From Escherichia coli (GTDB lineage: Bacteria; Pseudomonadota; Gammaproteobacteria; Enterobacterales; Enterobacteriaceae): 64,000 nt of DNA. The stretch lies in assembly GCF_046105845.1 (NCBI RefSeq), contig NZ_CP151004.1. One strand, given 5' to 3'. This document shows, one piece after another, positions 11,555 to 23,056 of the stretch (position 1 is the first letter of the stretch; every line of letters begins with the position of its first letter). Position numbers and translations under genes: made by a program. The notes beneath the pieces were generated by a model. The model ran no database searches. It saw only the letters and a list, made by a program, of their open reading frames with translations, and was not told where the DNA came from.

Positions 11555-12136
11555 ATGGCGGTTCAAAAGAATGTTATCAAAGGCATACTGGCAGGTACGT
11601 TTGCGCTAATGCTCAGCGGTTGTGTTACTGTGCCGGACGCCATTAAAGGCAGCAGTCCCACGCCGCAACAAGATTTAGTTCGGGTGATGAGTGCGCCGCA
11701 GCTGTACGTTGGTCAGGAGGCACGCTTTGGTGGCAAAGTGGTTGCGGTACAAAACCAGCAAGGGAAAACCCGCCTGGAAATTGCCACCGTACCACTGGAC
11801 AGCGGAGCCAGACCGACGCTGGGAGAACCTTCACGCGGGCGCATTTATGCTGATGTGAACGGTTTTCTGGACCCGGTAGATTTCCGTGGACAACTGGTTA
11901 CGGTAGTTGGGCCAATCACCGGTGCGGTTGACGGCAAAATCGGCAACACGCCCTATAAATTTATGGTGATGCAGGTAACGGGTTACAAACGTTGGCATTT
12001 AACCCAGCAGGTGATTATGCCGCCTCAGCCGATTGATCCATGGTTTTATGGCGGTCGTGGCTGGCCCTATGGCTACGGTGGATGGGGCTGGTATAATCCC
12101 GGCCCCGCGAGAGTACAAACTGTTGTAACTGAATAA
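11555..12136 (+). CDS. yeaY: Slp-family outer-membrane lipoprotein
   Basis: 193-aa ORF; signal peptide with lipobox LSGC. Confidence 0.85.
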
Positions 12137-12157
12137 TTGCTTGTTTTTAAAGAAAAA

Positions 12158-12190
12158 GAAACAGCGGCTGGTCCGCTGTTTCTGCATTCT
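12158..12190 (+). terminator. Candidate hairpin terminator downstream of yeaY
   Basis: 10-bp perfect stem GAAACAGCGG/CCGCTGTTTC with a 5-nt loop just after the yeaY stop; weak U tract; coordinates approximate. Confidence 0.4.
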
Positions 12191-12340
12191 TACGGTAAAG
12201 ATAAAAATAAATAGTGACGCGCTTCGCAACCTTTTCGTTGGGTAATTATCAAGCTGGTATGATGAGTTAATATTATGTTAACGGCATGTATATCATTTGG
12301 GGTTGCGATGACGACGAACACGCATTTTAGAGGTGAAGAA

Positions 12341-14026
12341 TTGAAGAAGGTTTGGCTTAACCGTTATCCCGCGGACGTTCCGACGGAGATCAACCCTGAC
12401 CGTTATCAATCTCTGGTAGATATGTTTGAGCAGTCGGTCGCGCGCTACGCCGATCAACCCGCGTTTGTGAATATGGGGGAGGTGATGACCTTCCGCAAAC
12501 TGGAAGAACGCAGTCGCGCGTTTGCCGCTTATTTGCAACAAGGGTTGGGGCTGAAGAAAGGCGATCGCGTTGCGTTGATGATGCCTAATTTATTGCAATA
12601 TCCGGTGGCGCTGTTTGGCATTTTGCGTGCCGGGATGATTGTCGTAAACGTTAACCCGTTGTATACCCCGCGTGAACTTGAGCATCAGCTTAACGATAGC
12701 GGCGCATCGGCGATTGTTATCGTGTCTAACTTTGCCCACACTCTGGAAAAAGTGGTTGATAAAACTGCTGTTCAGCACGTTATTTTGACCCGTATGGGCG
12801 ATCAGCTATCTACGGCAAAAGGCACAGTAGTCAACTTCGTTGTTAAATACATCAAGCGTCTGGTGCCGAAATACCATCTGCCAGATGCCATTTCATTTCG
12901 TAGCGCCCTGCACAACGGCTACCGGATGCAGTACGTCAAACCCGAACTGGTGCCGGAAGATTTAGCTTTCCTGCAATACACCGGCGGTACCACTGGTGTG
13001 GCGAAAGGCGCGATGCTGACTCACCGCAATATGCTGGCGAACCTGGAACAGGTTAACGCGACCTATGGTCCGCTGTTGCATCCGGGCAAAGAGCTGGTGG
13101 TGACGGCGCTGCCGCTGTATCACATTTTTGCACTGACCATTAACTGCCTGCTGTTTATCGAACTGGGTGGGCAGAACCTGCTTATCACTAACCCGCGCGA
13201 TATTCCAGGGTTGGTAAAAGAGTTAGCGAAATATCCGTTTACCGCTATCACTGGCGTTAACACTTTGTTCAATGCGTTGCTGAACAATAAAGAGTTCCAG
13301 CAGCTGGATTTCTCCAGTCTGCATCTTTCCGCAGGCGGAGGGATGCCTGTTCAGCAAGTGGTGGCAGAACGTTGGGTGAAACTGACTGGACAGTATCTGC
13401 TGGAAGGTTATGGCCTGACCGAGTGTGCGCCGCTGGTCAGCGTTAACCCGTATGATATTGATTATCATAGCGGTAGCATCGGTTTGCCGGTGCCATCGAC
13501 GGAAGCCAAACTGGTGGATGACGACGACAACGAAGTACCACCGGGTCAACCGGGTGAGCTTTGTGTCAAAGGACCGCAGGTGATGCTGGGTTACTGGCAG
13601 CGTCCGGATGCTACCGATGAAATCATCAAAAATGGCTGGTTACACACCGGCGACATCGCGGTGATGGATGAAGAAGGATTCCTGCGTATTGTCGATCGCA
13701 AAAAAGACATGATTCTGGTTTCCGGTTTTAACGTCTATCCCAACGAGATTGAAGATGTCGTCATGCAGCATCCTGGCGTACAGGAAGTCGCGGCTGTTGG
13801 CGTACCTTCTGGCTCCAGTGGTGAAGCGGTGAAAATCTTCGTAGTGAAAAAAGATCCATCGCTTACCGAAGAGTCACTGGTGACCTTTTGCCGCCGTCAG
13901 CTCACGGGCTACAAAGTACCGAAGCTGGTGGAGTTTCGTGATGAGTTACCGAAATCTAACGTCGGAAAAATTTTGCGACGAGAATTACGTGACGAAGCGC
14001 GCGGCAAAGTGGACAATAAAGCCTGA
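12341..14026 (+). CDS. fadD: Long-chain fatty acid-CoA ligase
   Basis: Track ORF 12275..14026; start set to in-frame TTG ([14 protein letters not shown]) giving the remembered 561-aa FadD; AMP-binding motif [12 protein letters not shown]. Confidence 0.9.
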
Positions 14027-14046
14027 GCGTTAAGTCAGTCGTCAGA

Positions 14047-14071
14047 CGCCGGTTAATCCGGCGTTTTTTTT
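14047..14071 (+). terminator. Rho-independent terminator of fadD
   Basis: Stem CGCCGG/CCGGCG with loop TTAAT followed by a run of 8 T, about 20 nt after the fadD stop. Confidence 0.6.
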
Positions 14072-14095
14072 GACGCCCACTAAAGAGAATACAAT

Positions 14096-15223
14096 TTGAA
14101 TTACCAAATGATTACCACGGACGATGCGCTGGCTTCTTTGTGTGAAGCCGTCCGTGCCTTTCCGGCGATAGCCCTGGATACTGAATTTGTTCGTACGCGC
14201 ACTTATTACCCGCAGCTGGGGTTGATTCAACTTTTCGATGGCGAGCATCTGGCGCTAATCGATCCACTCGGGATCACCGACTGGTCACCGCTGAAAGCGA
14301 TCCTGCGCGATCCGTCCATCACAAAATTTCTCCATGCAGGCAGTGAAGATCTGGAAGTGTTCCTCAATGTCTTTGGCGAATTACCACAACCCCTGATTGA
14401 CACGCAAATCCTTGCTGCCTTCTGCGGACGCCCGATGTCATGGGGTTTCGCTTCCATGGTGGAAGAGTATTCCGGCGTTACGCTGGACAAGAGTGAATCG
14501 CGCACCGACTGGCTGGCCAGACCGCTGACCGAACGTCAGTGTGAATACGCAGCGGCGGATGTCTGGTATCTGTTACCGATCACCGCAAAGCTTATGGTAG
14601 AAACGGAGGCCTCCGGCTGGCTACCTGCGGCGCTGGATGAATGCCGCCTGATGCAAATGCGTCGTCAGGAAGTCGTTGCTCCGGAAGATGCCTGGCGTGA
14701 TATCACCAATGCCTGGCAGTTACGCACACGCCAACTGGCCTGTCTGCAACTGTTAGCCGACTGGCGACTGCGCAAGGCTCGGGAGCGCGATCTGGCAGTG
14801 AACTTTGTCGTGCGTGAAGAGCATTTGTGGTCCGTAGCGCGTTATATGCCGGGAAGTTTAGGCGAACTGGACAGCCTGGGCTTATCCGGTAGCGAAATCC
14901 GCTTTCACGGTAAAACGCTGCTGGCGCTGGTGGAAAAAGCGCAGGCATTGCCGGAAGAGGCCTTACCGCAGCCGATGCTTAACCTGATGGACATGCCGGG
15001 TTATCGTAAAGCGTTTAAAGCGATTAAGTCGTTGATTACTGACGTGAGCGAAACGCACAAGATCAGCGCCGAATTGCTGGCATCGCGTCGGCAAATCAAC
15101 CAACTGCTGAACTGGCACTGGAAACTGAAACCGCAGAATAATTTGCCGGAGCTGATTTCCGGCTGGCGTGGTGAGCTGATGGCGGAAGCATTACACAATT
15201 TATTGCAGGAATATCCGCAGTAA
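14096..15223 (+). CDS. rnd: Ribonuclease D
   Basis: 375-aa ORF beginning MNYQMITTDDALASL; initiation codon is TTG. Confidence 0.9.
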   Translation: MNYQMITTDDALASLCEAVRAFPAIALDTEFVRTRTYYPQLGLIQLFDGEHLALIDPLGITDWSPLKAILRDPSITKFLHAGSEDLEVFLNVFGELPQPLIDTQILAAFCGRPMSWGFASMVEEYSGVTLDKSESRTDWLARPLTERQCEYAAADVWYLLPITAKLMVETEASGWLPAALDECRLMQMRRQEVVAPEDAWRDITNAWQLRTRQLACLQLLADWRLRKARERDLAVNFVVREEHLWSVARYMPGSLGELDSLGLSGSEIRFHGKTLLALVEKAQALPEEALPQPMLNLMDMPGYRKAFKAIKSLITDVSETHKISAELLASRRQINQLLNWHWKLKPQNNLPELISGWRGELMAEALHNLLQEYPQ

Positions 15224-15229
15224 AATCTT

Positions 15230-15272
15230 CCGAAGCCGGACTGGGCGCGCTCAGCGCCACATCCGGCTTCGG
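15230..15272. terminator. Large hairpin between convergent rnd and yeaX
   Basis: Perfect 11-bp arms CCGAAGCCGGA/TCCGGCTTCGG around a GC-rich loop; likely bidirectional terminator or REP-like element; coordinates approximate. Confidence 0.4.
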
Positions 15273-15276
15273 CAAA

Positions 15277-16242
15277 CTACAAATCCAACACCAGGCGTTT
15301 ACCCTTCGCGCGCGAACAACAGATCAACATACTTTGCTGGCTGGCACGCTCTTCATCGCTAAAATACTGATCCCGATGGTCAGCTTCACCTTCCAGTATT
15401 GCCGTTTCGCAGGTTCCGCATACCCCTTCACGACATAAACATTCCACTTTCGCTGCTTTATTATTTTCAATAACCTGCAAAATAGTCATCTCTTCCGGCA
15501 CCACAAACTCTTTTCCGGAACGGGCAAGCACCAGGGTAAATGCATCGCCGGTTTTGTCTTCAATCGCAAATTGTTCAAAGTGCAGCGTATCGGCGGCGAT
15601 GTCCAGACGCGCAGCTTCACTTCTTACCGCCTCATTTAGCGCCTCGGGGCCACAGGTATAAACATGTGTGCCAGGTTCGATATCCGCCAATAATCGCGCT
15701 AATTCCAGTCGTGTTCCGGTTGATGAATGATGCAAATGGACTTTCTCAGCCTGCGGATGCTGGACTAGCTCATCACGAAATGCGCAACTTTCTGGATTTC
15801 GCGAGCAGTAATGTAACTGCCAGTCGACGTCGCTGTGTTGCAGCTCTGCCATGTGCGACAGGAAAGGGGTGATACCAATGCCGCCCGCGATAAACAGATG
15901 CTTTCTGGCCGAGGGAATTAGCGCAAACAGATTATTAGGCGTCGAAATGGTCAACCGATCGCCTGCTTTCATCTGCTGATGCAAAAAGCGCGAACCACCG
16001 CGCGAGTTTTCTTCCAGTCGAACGGCAATCTGATAATGAGTTGTATCGAGCGGCGAACTCAGCAGTGAATACGCATTGCTGTACTGGTTATCACCATCGC
16101 TCATCTGCACAATGACGTGACTTCCTCCGGTAAATGCAGGTAATGGTTTGCCATCGGTTGCCACCAGCGTGAAGCGTTTCACCTGTTCGGTAAGCGGTTC
16201 CACCTGACTCACCTGTACTTCAAACATTTGATAGTCTGACAT
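15277..16242 (-). CDS. yeaX: Carnitine monooxygenase reductase subunit (ferredoxin-NAD(P) reductase with 2Fe-2S)
   Basis: 321-aa ORF; C-terminal plant-type ferredoxin Cys motif CREGVCGTCE. Confidence 0.9.
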   Translation of the reverse strand: MSDYQMFEVQVSQVEPLTEQVKRFTLVATDGKPLPAFTGGSHVIVQMSDGDNQYSNAYSLLSSPLDTTHYQIAVRLEENSRGGSRFLHQQMKAGDRLTISTPNNLFALIPSARKHLFIAGGIGITPFLSHMAELQHSDVDWQLHYCSRNPESCAFRDELVQHPQAEKVHLHHSSTGTRLELARLLADIEPGTHVYTCGPEALNEAVRSEAARLDIAADTLHFEQFAIEDKTGDAFTLVLARSGKEFVVPEEMTILQVIENNKAAKVECLCREGVCGTCETAILEGEADHRDQYFSDEERASQQSMLICCSRAKGKRLVLDL

Positions 16243-16297
16243 TGCTGTACTCCATCAAAAATCAGCCCGGCGGCGGAAAATACCGCCGCCGATGTCA

Positions 16298-17422
16298 TTA
16301 GTCCTTAAACACCTGCGCCAGCAGATTATGGAAGTGGGCGATACCATGTTCGGAAATTCCGCTACCGCTACTGTCGGCCATGATGCGCCCTTGACCACGA
16401 TAGCCACGCGATTTCAGCCCTTTCTGTACGCTTTCAACCAGACGTAAATCTTCCGGACGGAACACATCGCGATACCACTCAATCAGCGATTTTTGCTCGT
16501 CGGTTAACTCTTCATTGGTGAAGTAAATATCGTAGTTTTGCAGGGTAGTTTCAGAATCCACTGGGAATTCATAAATGACCGTCATCATCCCTTTGATCGG
16601 GGTGACGTTCAGCATCGTGCACGGCCACAGCCAGAAACCGTGGAATGCCGCATCCGTGCCCTCTTCGAATTTGAAAGACTGTTCGGACGGTTTGGCGAAA
16701 CCGTACTGCAGCGTCCAGTTACCGTGCATGGTGTGCCAGTAACGATCAACCTGTACGGAGTCGGAGAAACCTGGATGCGCCGGACCACAGTGATAGCACT
16801 CGAGATAGTTATCGACAATGTTCTTCCAGTTGGCAGGCGTGCGGGTGGTAAAGCGGGCAGCCAGTTTCAGGTCGTGGACTTCCGAGCAGGCTTCCAGCAC
16901 TTTCGCGCCCAGACCGGGTAACTGATCTTCTACGCTGGTGGCGTTAGGGTCCATGTTGATGAAGACGAATCCGGCATATTCTTCCAGAAGCACCGGAACC
17001 AGTTGCGCTTTGTCGCTATCGAAATTGGCGACGTTTTCGCAGTTACGTGCATGGGCCAGGTTGCCATCGAGTTTGAATGCCCAGGCATGATACGGGCAGG
17101 TAATCACATTTTTCGCTTTCCCTTCGCCGCTCAATAACTGATGACCACGGTGCGGACACACGTTATAGAACGCGCGCAAAACCTTATCACGACCGCGTAC
17201 CAGCACAATGCTTTCGCCAATGATCTCACGCGTCACATAATCATTGGCATTCGCCAGTTCGCTGCTGTGAGCGACGCAAATCCAGCTTTTGGCGAAGACG
17301 TTCTCTTTTTCGTGTTCAAAGGCGTTCTGATCGGTATAAAAACGGGCAGGAATGGTCCACGCCTCTTGCGGGTTAGCGCAAAAATTTTCGGGTAGTACAA
17401 AGTCAGGGCTCAGATTGCTCAT
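16298..17422 (-). CDS. yeaW: Carnitine monooxygenase oxygenase subunit (Rieske non-heme iron oxygenase)
   Basis: Track ORF 16298..17542; start moved to Met41 (MSNLSPDF) giving 374 aa; Rieske motif CPHRGH...CPYHAW. Confidence 0.9.
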   Translation of the reverse strand: MSNLSPDFVLPENFCANPQEAWTIPARFYTDQNAFEHEKENVFAKSWICVAHSSELANANDYVTREIIGESIVLVRGRDKVLRAFYNVCPHRGHQLLSGEGKAKNVITCPYHAWAFKLDGNLAHARNCENVANFDSDKAQLVPVLLEEYAGFVFINMDPNATSVEDQLPGLGAKVLEACSEVHDLKLAARFTTRTPANWKNIVDNYLECYHCGPAHPGFSDSVQVDRYWHTMHGNWTLQYGFAKPSEQSFKFEEGTDAAFHGFWLWPCTMLNVTPIKGMMTVIYEFPVDSETTLQNYDIYFTNEELTDEQKSLIEWYRDVFRPEDLRLVESVQKGLKSRGYRGQGRIMADSSGSGISEHGIAHFHNLLAQVFKD

Positions 17423-17453
17423 AGGGATACCTTTATCGTTAGGATGATGGCGC

Positions 17454-19064
17454 TCAGTTGTCGCCTTTGAATACGGTTCCCGCAGGGAGCACTGGCGTTT
17501 TTTCCAGGACTTCAACCGGTGTCTGCGGGAGATAATGTTCAACTTGATGAGCCGGAATGTCGGCGTAATCCTGTTTCAGCCAGCGAATAAATCCGCCGAC
17601 TTTCACCAGTAAAATGACGAGGAACGGAAGGGCTGTGAGTACGACGGTGGTTTTCATCGTTTCCAGCGACGCGCCAGTGAAAAGAATTGAAAGCGGGATC
17701 AGGGTAATTACCACGCACCAGAAAAGACGCAGCCCACGGTCAGGATCGTCACCTTCCTGGAGATTACGCGTACTGGTTGCCGCCATGGTGTAGGCCACCG
17801 CATCCATATGCGAGGCAAGGAAAATAATCATCACGCCCAGGTATGCGGCGAGGAATAATTTACCGGCTGGCAACGACATCAGAACTTGCTGCACAGCTGT
17901 CTCGCCGCCCAGTGTTTCCAGCACCTGTGGGACGTTGATTACGCCATTGATAAACTGGTGAATGGCATAGCTTTCCATTACGCCGAAGAAGAACCAGCAA
18001 CCGACGGTGCTGCCGAGGATCAGTCCCCAGATAACTTCTTTAATCTTACGACCGCGCGAAACGCGGGTGACAAACATTGCTACGCCAGGCGTGTATGAGA
18101 TCCACCACAGCCAGTAGAAAACGGTCCAGTTGCGGGTAAATGAACCATCGCCAAGCGGATCGGTGAATAAGCTCATTTGCAGGAAGTTTTGCGTGGTCAG
18201 GCCGATGGCATTGATGATGCTGTTGGTAATAAATTCGGTTGGACCGACAATCAGCACCAGTAATGGCAGCAGGAACGCGCCCCAGCCAACCATTTTGCTC
18301 AGACGTTGCAAACCGTTGTTGATACCAATCCACGAGCTTAGGCAAAAAATGCCGCCGGAAAGCAGGATCACAAATGCCTGCACGGTGAAGTTATCGGGTA
18401 AACCGGTCAGCGCGGAAAGCCCACGAGTAAAGGTTGCTGCGGTAACAACAAGGGAAATGGTCAGCGCACCGACAGTGGCGATCAGGAACATCAAATCGAC
18501 CAGTTTTCCCCACGGGCCTTGCGGGCGAACGCCGGTAATCGCGGCAATAATCCCGGAAAGACTCAGACCTTTGTTTTTCCGCACATGAAAGTGATAAGCC
18601 ATGATTAATGAGGCCAGCGTATAAGTTGCCCAGGCGCTGATGCCCCAGTGGAAGAAGGAGTAAGGGACGCTAAATTCGAGTGCCTGTTGTGAACGCGGTG
18701 CGATATTTAATCCAGGTGTTTGATAATAATAGGCCCATTCAGCAACCCCCCAATAAAGCGTAGAAGAACCTAAACCGGCACAAATAAACATAAACAGCCA
18801 GGAGAGCGTGCTGTATTCCGGTTTTCCTTCGCCAAGACGAATATTGCCGTATTTACTGGTGGCTAAATAAATCACCAGTCCCATTGCCAGCAAAACCAAT
18901 ACCTGTACGGCGGAACCTAACGTACGCGTAACAAAAGTGTATATTGCGTTGGCCGCGTCGGCCGATTGTTGTGGGAAAAGGCTTAATGCAGCTGCGATGA
19001 AAAGAATGGCCACCAGGCTGATGCTTATCAGCGGCACATCTTTTTTCTTAACATTGCTCATCAT
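17454..19064 (-). CDS. yeaV: BCCT-family transporter (betaine/carnitine/choline type)
   Basis: 536-aa polytopic ORF; AGGAGA 6 nt upstream of the ATG; resembles CaiT/BetT; exact annotated start not verified. Confidence 0.8.
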   Translation of the reverse strand: MMSNVKKKDVPLISISLVAILFIAAALSLFPQQSADAANAIYTFVTRTLGSAVQVLVLLAMGLVIYLATSKYGNIRLGEGKPEYSTLSWLFMFICAGLGSSTLYWGVAEWAYYYQTPGLNIAPRSQQALEFSVPYSFFHWGISAWATYTLASLIMAYHFHVRKNKGLSLSGIIAAITGVRPQGPWGKLVDLMFLIATVGALTISLVVTAATFTRGLSALTGLPDNFTVQAFVILLSGGIFCLSSWIGINNGLQRLSKMVGWGAFLLPLLVLIVGPTEFITNSIINAIGLTTQNFLQMSLFTDPLGDGSFTRNWTVFYWLWWISYTPGVAMFVTRVSRGRKIKEVIWGLILGSTVGCWFFFGVMESYAIHQFINGVINVPQVLETLGGETAVQQVLMSLPAGKLFLAAYLGVMIIFLASHMDAVAYTMAATSTRNLQEGDDPDRGLRLFWCVVITLIPLSILFTGASLETMKTTVVLTALPFLVILLVKVGGFIRWLKQDYADIPAHQVEHYLPQTPVEVLEKTPVLPAGTVFKGDN

Positions 19065-19314
19065 GAGTCATCTCCTGGGCATAAAAGCCCGTCTCTGGCT
19101 TTTGCCAGTTGTAATTATTTGCAGGGTAATGAGTTGCATATTGTGTTTAACAAATTGATTATTTGCATGTTACATAAATTAAACAATTAAGAATACGGAA
19201 AGCCATAAAACACGAAACGGAAACAATAAAAGGTGAAATGACGCAGGTTATTAACTGCAAAGAACGAATAAAAAAACCGCGTCAGTGACGCGGTTCAAAT
19301 AAACTGGTTTGACC

Positions 19315-20400
19315 TTAACGCAAAATAATTTTGCAAATCGCGTCGGCAACCTGTGGCGTGGTGGCATTGCCTTTCATATCAGGTGTTTTCGGCCCGTGAG
19401 CAATCACTTCTTCAATCGCGGCCAGAATACCGTTATGCGCTTGCTGGAAACGCTCATCGCCATTGCCGAGAAAATCGAGCATCATTGCACCGGCCCAAAT
19501 TGTGGCGATAGGGTTAGCAATGTTTTTCCCGTAGATATCCGGCGCGGAACCGTGGACTGGCTCGAAGAGCGACGGGAAAGTGCGTTCCGGATTCAGGTTG
19601 GCGGATGGGGCAATGCCAATGGTGCCGGTGCAGGCCGGGCCAAGATCGGAAAGGATATCGCCAAACAAATTGGACGCCACTACCACATCGAAGCGTTCCG
19701 GCTGCATCACAAAACGTGCGCAAAGAATGTCAATATGCTGCTTGTCCCAGCGGATCTCCGGGTAATTCTCAGCCATTGCTTCCACTCGCTCATCCCAGTA
19801 CGGCATGCTGATGGCTAAACCGTTCGATTTAGTGGCAGAAGTTAGCGTCTTACGTGGGCGGCTTTGTGCAAGTTCAAAGGCATAACGCAAAATGCGATCG
19901 ACACCACGACGCGTAAATACCGATTCCTGAATGACGACTTCATGCTCTGTACCTTCATTCACTCTACCGCCGAGCGAGGAATATTCTCCTTCGGTGTTTT
20001 CCCTGACCACGTAAAAATCGATGTCGCCAGGCTGTTTTCCCGCCAGCGGGCAGGGAACGCCAGGAAAGAGACGAACCGGGCGCAGGTTGACGTACTGGTC
20101 GAATTCACGACGAAATTTCAGCAGCGAACCCCACAACGAAATATGGTCCGGAACGGTGTCCGGCCAGCCGACGGCACCAAAATAGATGGCGTCGAAACGG
20201 CTAAGTTGCTCATGCCAGTCGTCCGGCATCATTTTACCGTGATGGCTGTAATACTCGCAGCTCGCCCACTCCATTTGCTCAAAACTCAAGGCGAAGCCCC
20301 AGCGCTCAGCGGCAGCCTGTAACACGCGAATCCCTTCAGGAAGGACTTCTTTGCCAATCCCGTCTCCCGGGATCGCAGCAATACGCATCGTTTTCATCAT
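19315..20400 (-). CDS. dmlA: D-malate dehydrogenase (decarboxylating), isocitrate/isopropylmalate dehydrogenase family
   Basis: 361-aa ORF; divergent from LysR regulator dmlR. Confidence 0.9.
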   Translation of the reverse strand: MMKTMRIAAIPGDGIGKEVLPEGIRVLQAAAERWGFALSFEQMEWASCEYYSHHGKMMPDDWHEQLSRFDAIYFGAVGWPDTVPDHISLWGSLLKFRREFDQYVNLRPVRLFPGVPCPLAGKQPGDIDFYVVRENTEGEYSSLGGRVNEGTEHEVVIQESVFTRRGVDRILRYAFELAQSRPRKTLTSATKSNGLAISMPYWDERVEAMAENYPEIRWDKQHIDILCARFVMQPERFDVVVASNLFGDILSDLGPACTGTIGIAPSANLNPERTFPSLFEPVHGSAPDIYGKNIANPIATIWAGAMMLDFLGNGDERFQQAHNGILAAIEEVIAHGPKTPDMKGNATTPQVADAICKIILR

Positions 20401-20502
20401 TGGGTTCTCACTTCCTGACCATCAAAATTGACAATACCCTCATCCTATAATTGACTGAAAAGGAATTAATCCCCGTAACTGGTGAAACATAAAACACGAA
20501 TC

Positions 20503-21426
20503 ATGAATAATTTACCGCTGCTGAACGATTTGCGCGTCTTTATGCTGGTGGCTCGCCGGGCTGGTTTTGCTGCCGTGGCGGAAGAACTGGGCGTTTCTCC
20601 GGCGTTCGTCAGCAAGCGCATCGCCTTGCTGGAGCAAACGCTAAACGTGGTGTTGTTACACCGCACCACCCGCCGCGTCACCATTACCGAAGAAGGAGAG
20701 CGGATTTATGAATGGGCGCAGCGGATTTTGCAGGATGTCGGTCAGATGATGGACGAACTTTCTGACGTGCGTCAGGTGCCACAGGGGATGCTGCGTATTA
20801 TCAGCAGCTTTGGTTTTGGACGACAGGTGGTGGCCCCGGCGTTATCAGCGCTGGCGAAGGCGTATCCGCAACTGGAATTACGTTTTGATGTGGAAGACCG
20901 GTTGGTCGATTTGGTCAATGAAGGTGTCGATCTCGATATTCGCATTGGCGATGATATCGCCCCTAATTTAATCGCCCGCAAACTGGCGACTAATTACCGC
21001 ATTCTCTGCGCGTCGCCGGAATTTATTTCGCAACATGGCGCGCCGAAACATTTAAGCGATCTTTCTGCATTGCCGTGCCTGGTCATTAAAGAGCGCGATC
21101 ATCCTTTTGGTGTCTGGCAATTACGCAATAAAGAAGGCCACCATGCGATTAAAGTTACCGGCCCACTGTCGTCTAATCATGGAGAAATTGTCCATCAGTG
21201 GTGTCTCGATGGGCAGGGGATTGCTCTGCGCTCCTGGTGGGATGTTAGCGAAAACATTGCCAGTGGTCATTTAGTACAAGTGCTACCGGAATATTACCAG
21301 CCAGCGAACGTCTGGGCCGTTTATGTTTCAAGGCTGGCGACGTCAGCGAAAGTGCGGATAACGGTAGAATTTTTACGCCAGTATTTTGCCGAGCACTACC
21401 CGAATTTTTCACTGGAGCATGCTTGA
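20503..21426 (+). CDS. dmlR: LysR-family transcriptional regulator of dmlA
   Basis: Track ORF starts at GTG 20482; start moved to ATG (MNNLPLLNDLRVFMLV) giving 307 aa; N-terminal HTH. Confidence 0.85.
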   Translation: MNNLPLLNDLRVFMLVARRAGFAAVAEELGVSPAFVSKRIALLEQTLNVVLLHRTTRRVTITEEGERIYEWAQRILQDVGQMMDELSDVRQVPQGMLRIISSFGFGRQVVAPALSALAKAYPQLELRFDVEDRLVDLVNEGVDLDIRIGDDIAPNLIARKLATNYRILCASPEFISQHGAPKHLSDLSALPCLVIKERDHPFGVWQLRNKEGHHAIKVTGPLSSNHGEIVHQWCLDGQGIALRSWWDVSENIASGHLVQVLPEYYQPANVWAVYVSRLATSAKVRITVEFLRQYFAEHYPNFSLEHA

Positions 21427-21483
21427 TTAATGATTCAATTATCGGGTTGATATCAGGTTAAAACCTGATTTTCTCCTTTCTAA

Positions 21484-22191
<708 letters not shown>

Positions 22192-22274
22192 TGCATTCAG
22201 CCCGCGTTGTCGCGGGCTTCCCACCTGTAATCCTCCCTGATTCTTCTCTGATACGGTGCTAAATAGTAACCAAT

Positions 22275-22297
22275 AAATGGTATTTAAAATGCAAATT
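22275..22297 (+). promoter_or_regulatory. Candidate NsrR-type operator upstream of yeaR
   Basis: AAATGGTATTT-A-AAATGCAAATT, an imperfect 11-1-11 inverted repeat resembling the NsrR consensus, about 70 nt upstream of the yeaR start. Confidence 0.35.
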
Positions 22298-22363
22298 ATC
22301 AGGCGTACCCTGAAACGGCTGAAATAAACCGTTTTCAGCGCATTCACCGAAGGAGGGAAAAGG

Positions 22364-22723
22364 ATGCTGCAAATCCCACAGAATTATATTCATACGCGCT
22401 CAACGCCTTTCTGGAATAAACAAACTGCGCCTGCCGGAATATTCGAACGTCATCTTGATAAAGGAACGCGCCCGGGGGTTTACCCACGCCTTTCCGTTAT
22501 GCATGGGGCGGTCAAATATCTCGGCTACGCTGATGAACACAGTACAGAGCCTGATCAAGTGATCCTTATCGAAGCGGGGCAGTTTGCGGTGTTCCCTCCA
22601 GAAAAGTGGCACAACATTGAAGCCATGACTGACGACACTTATTTCAACATTGACTTCTTCGTTGCTCCTGAAGTCCTGATGGAAGGCGCGCAACAACGGA
22701 AAGTCATTCATAACGGGAAATGA
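22364..22723 (+). CDS. yeaR: DUF1971-family protein
   Basis: 119-aa ORF; first gene of yeaR-yoaG pair. Confidence 0.85.
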   Translation: MLQIPQNYIHTRSTPFWNKQTAPAGIFERHLDKGTRPGVYPRLSVMHGAVKYLGYADEHSTEPDQVILIEAGQFAVFPPEKWHNIEAMTDDTYFNIDFFVAPEVLMEGAQQRKVIHNGK

Positions 22724-22726
22724 ATC

Positions 22727-22909
22727 ATGGGCAAAGCAACGTATACCGTGACCGTCACCAATAACAGCAATGGCGTTTCTGTCGATTATGAAACAGAGAC
22801 GCCGATGACTTTGCTGGTGCCAGAAGTGGCGGCTGAAGTGATAAAAGATCTGGTGAATACCGTGCGTTCTTATGACACGGAAAACGAACATGATGTTTGT
22901 GGTTGGTAA
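22727..22909 (+). CDS. yoaG: DUF1869-family small protein
   Basis: 60-aa ORF 3 nt after yeaR. Confidence 0.8.
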   Translation: MGKATYTVTVTNNSNGVSVDYETETPMTLLVPEVAAEVIKDLVNTVRSYDTENEHDVCGW

Positions 22910-23056
22910 TTATCTCTGATCGTTGATGGCGCAATTTCTGCGCCATCGCAAAAAAATCGTCCGTGATGCTCGTCACAAATCTTGCCCTCCCGATGTTGTG
23001 CTATGCTTTTTATCAGCGACTAACCCGCTAATGCAAAACAGATAAGTGAGGAAACA

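Noticed and set aside
16298-17542. Upstream extensions of track ORFs (yeaW 414 aa, ansA 402 aa, dgcJ 556 aa, dgcP 384 aa, fadD 583 aa and others)
   Set aside because: The extra N-terminal residues are not part of the conserved protein and some run through terminators or neighbouring genes; internal starts reproduce the expected protein lengths.
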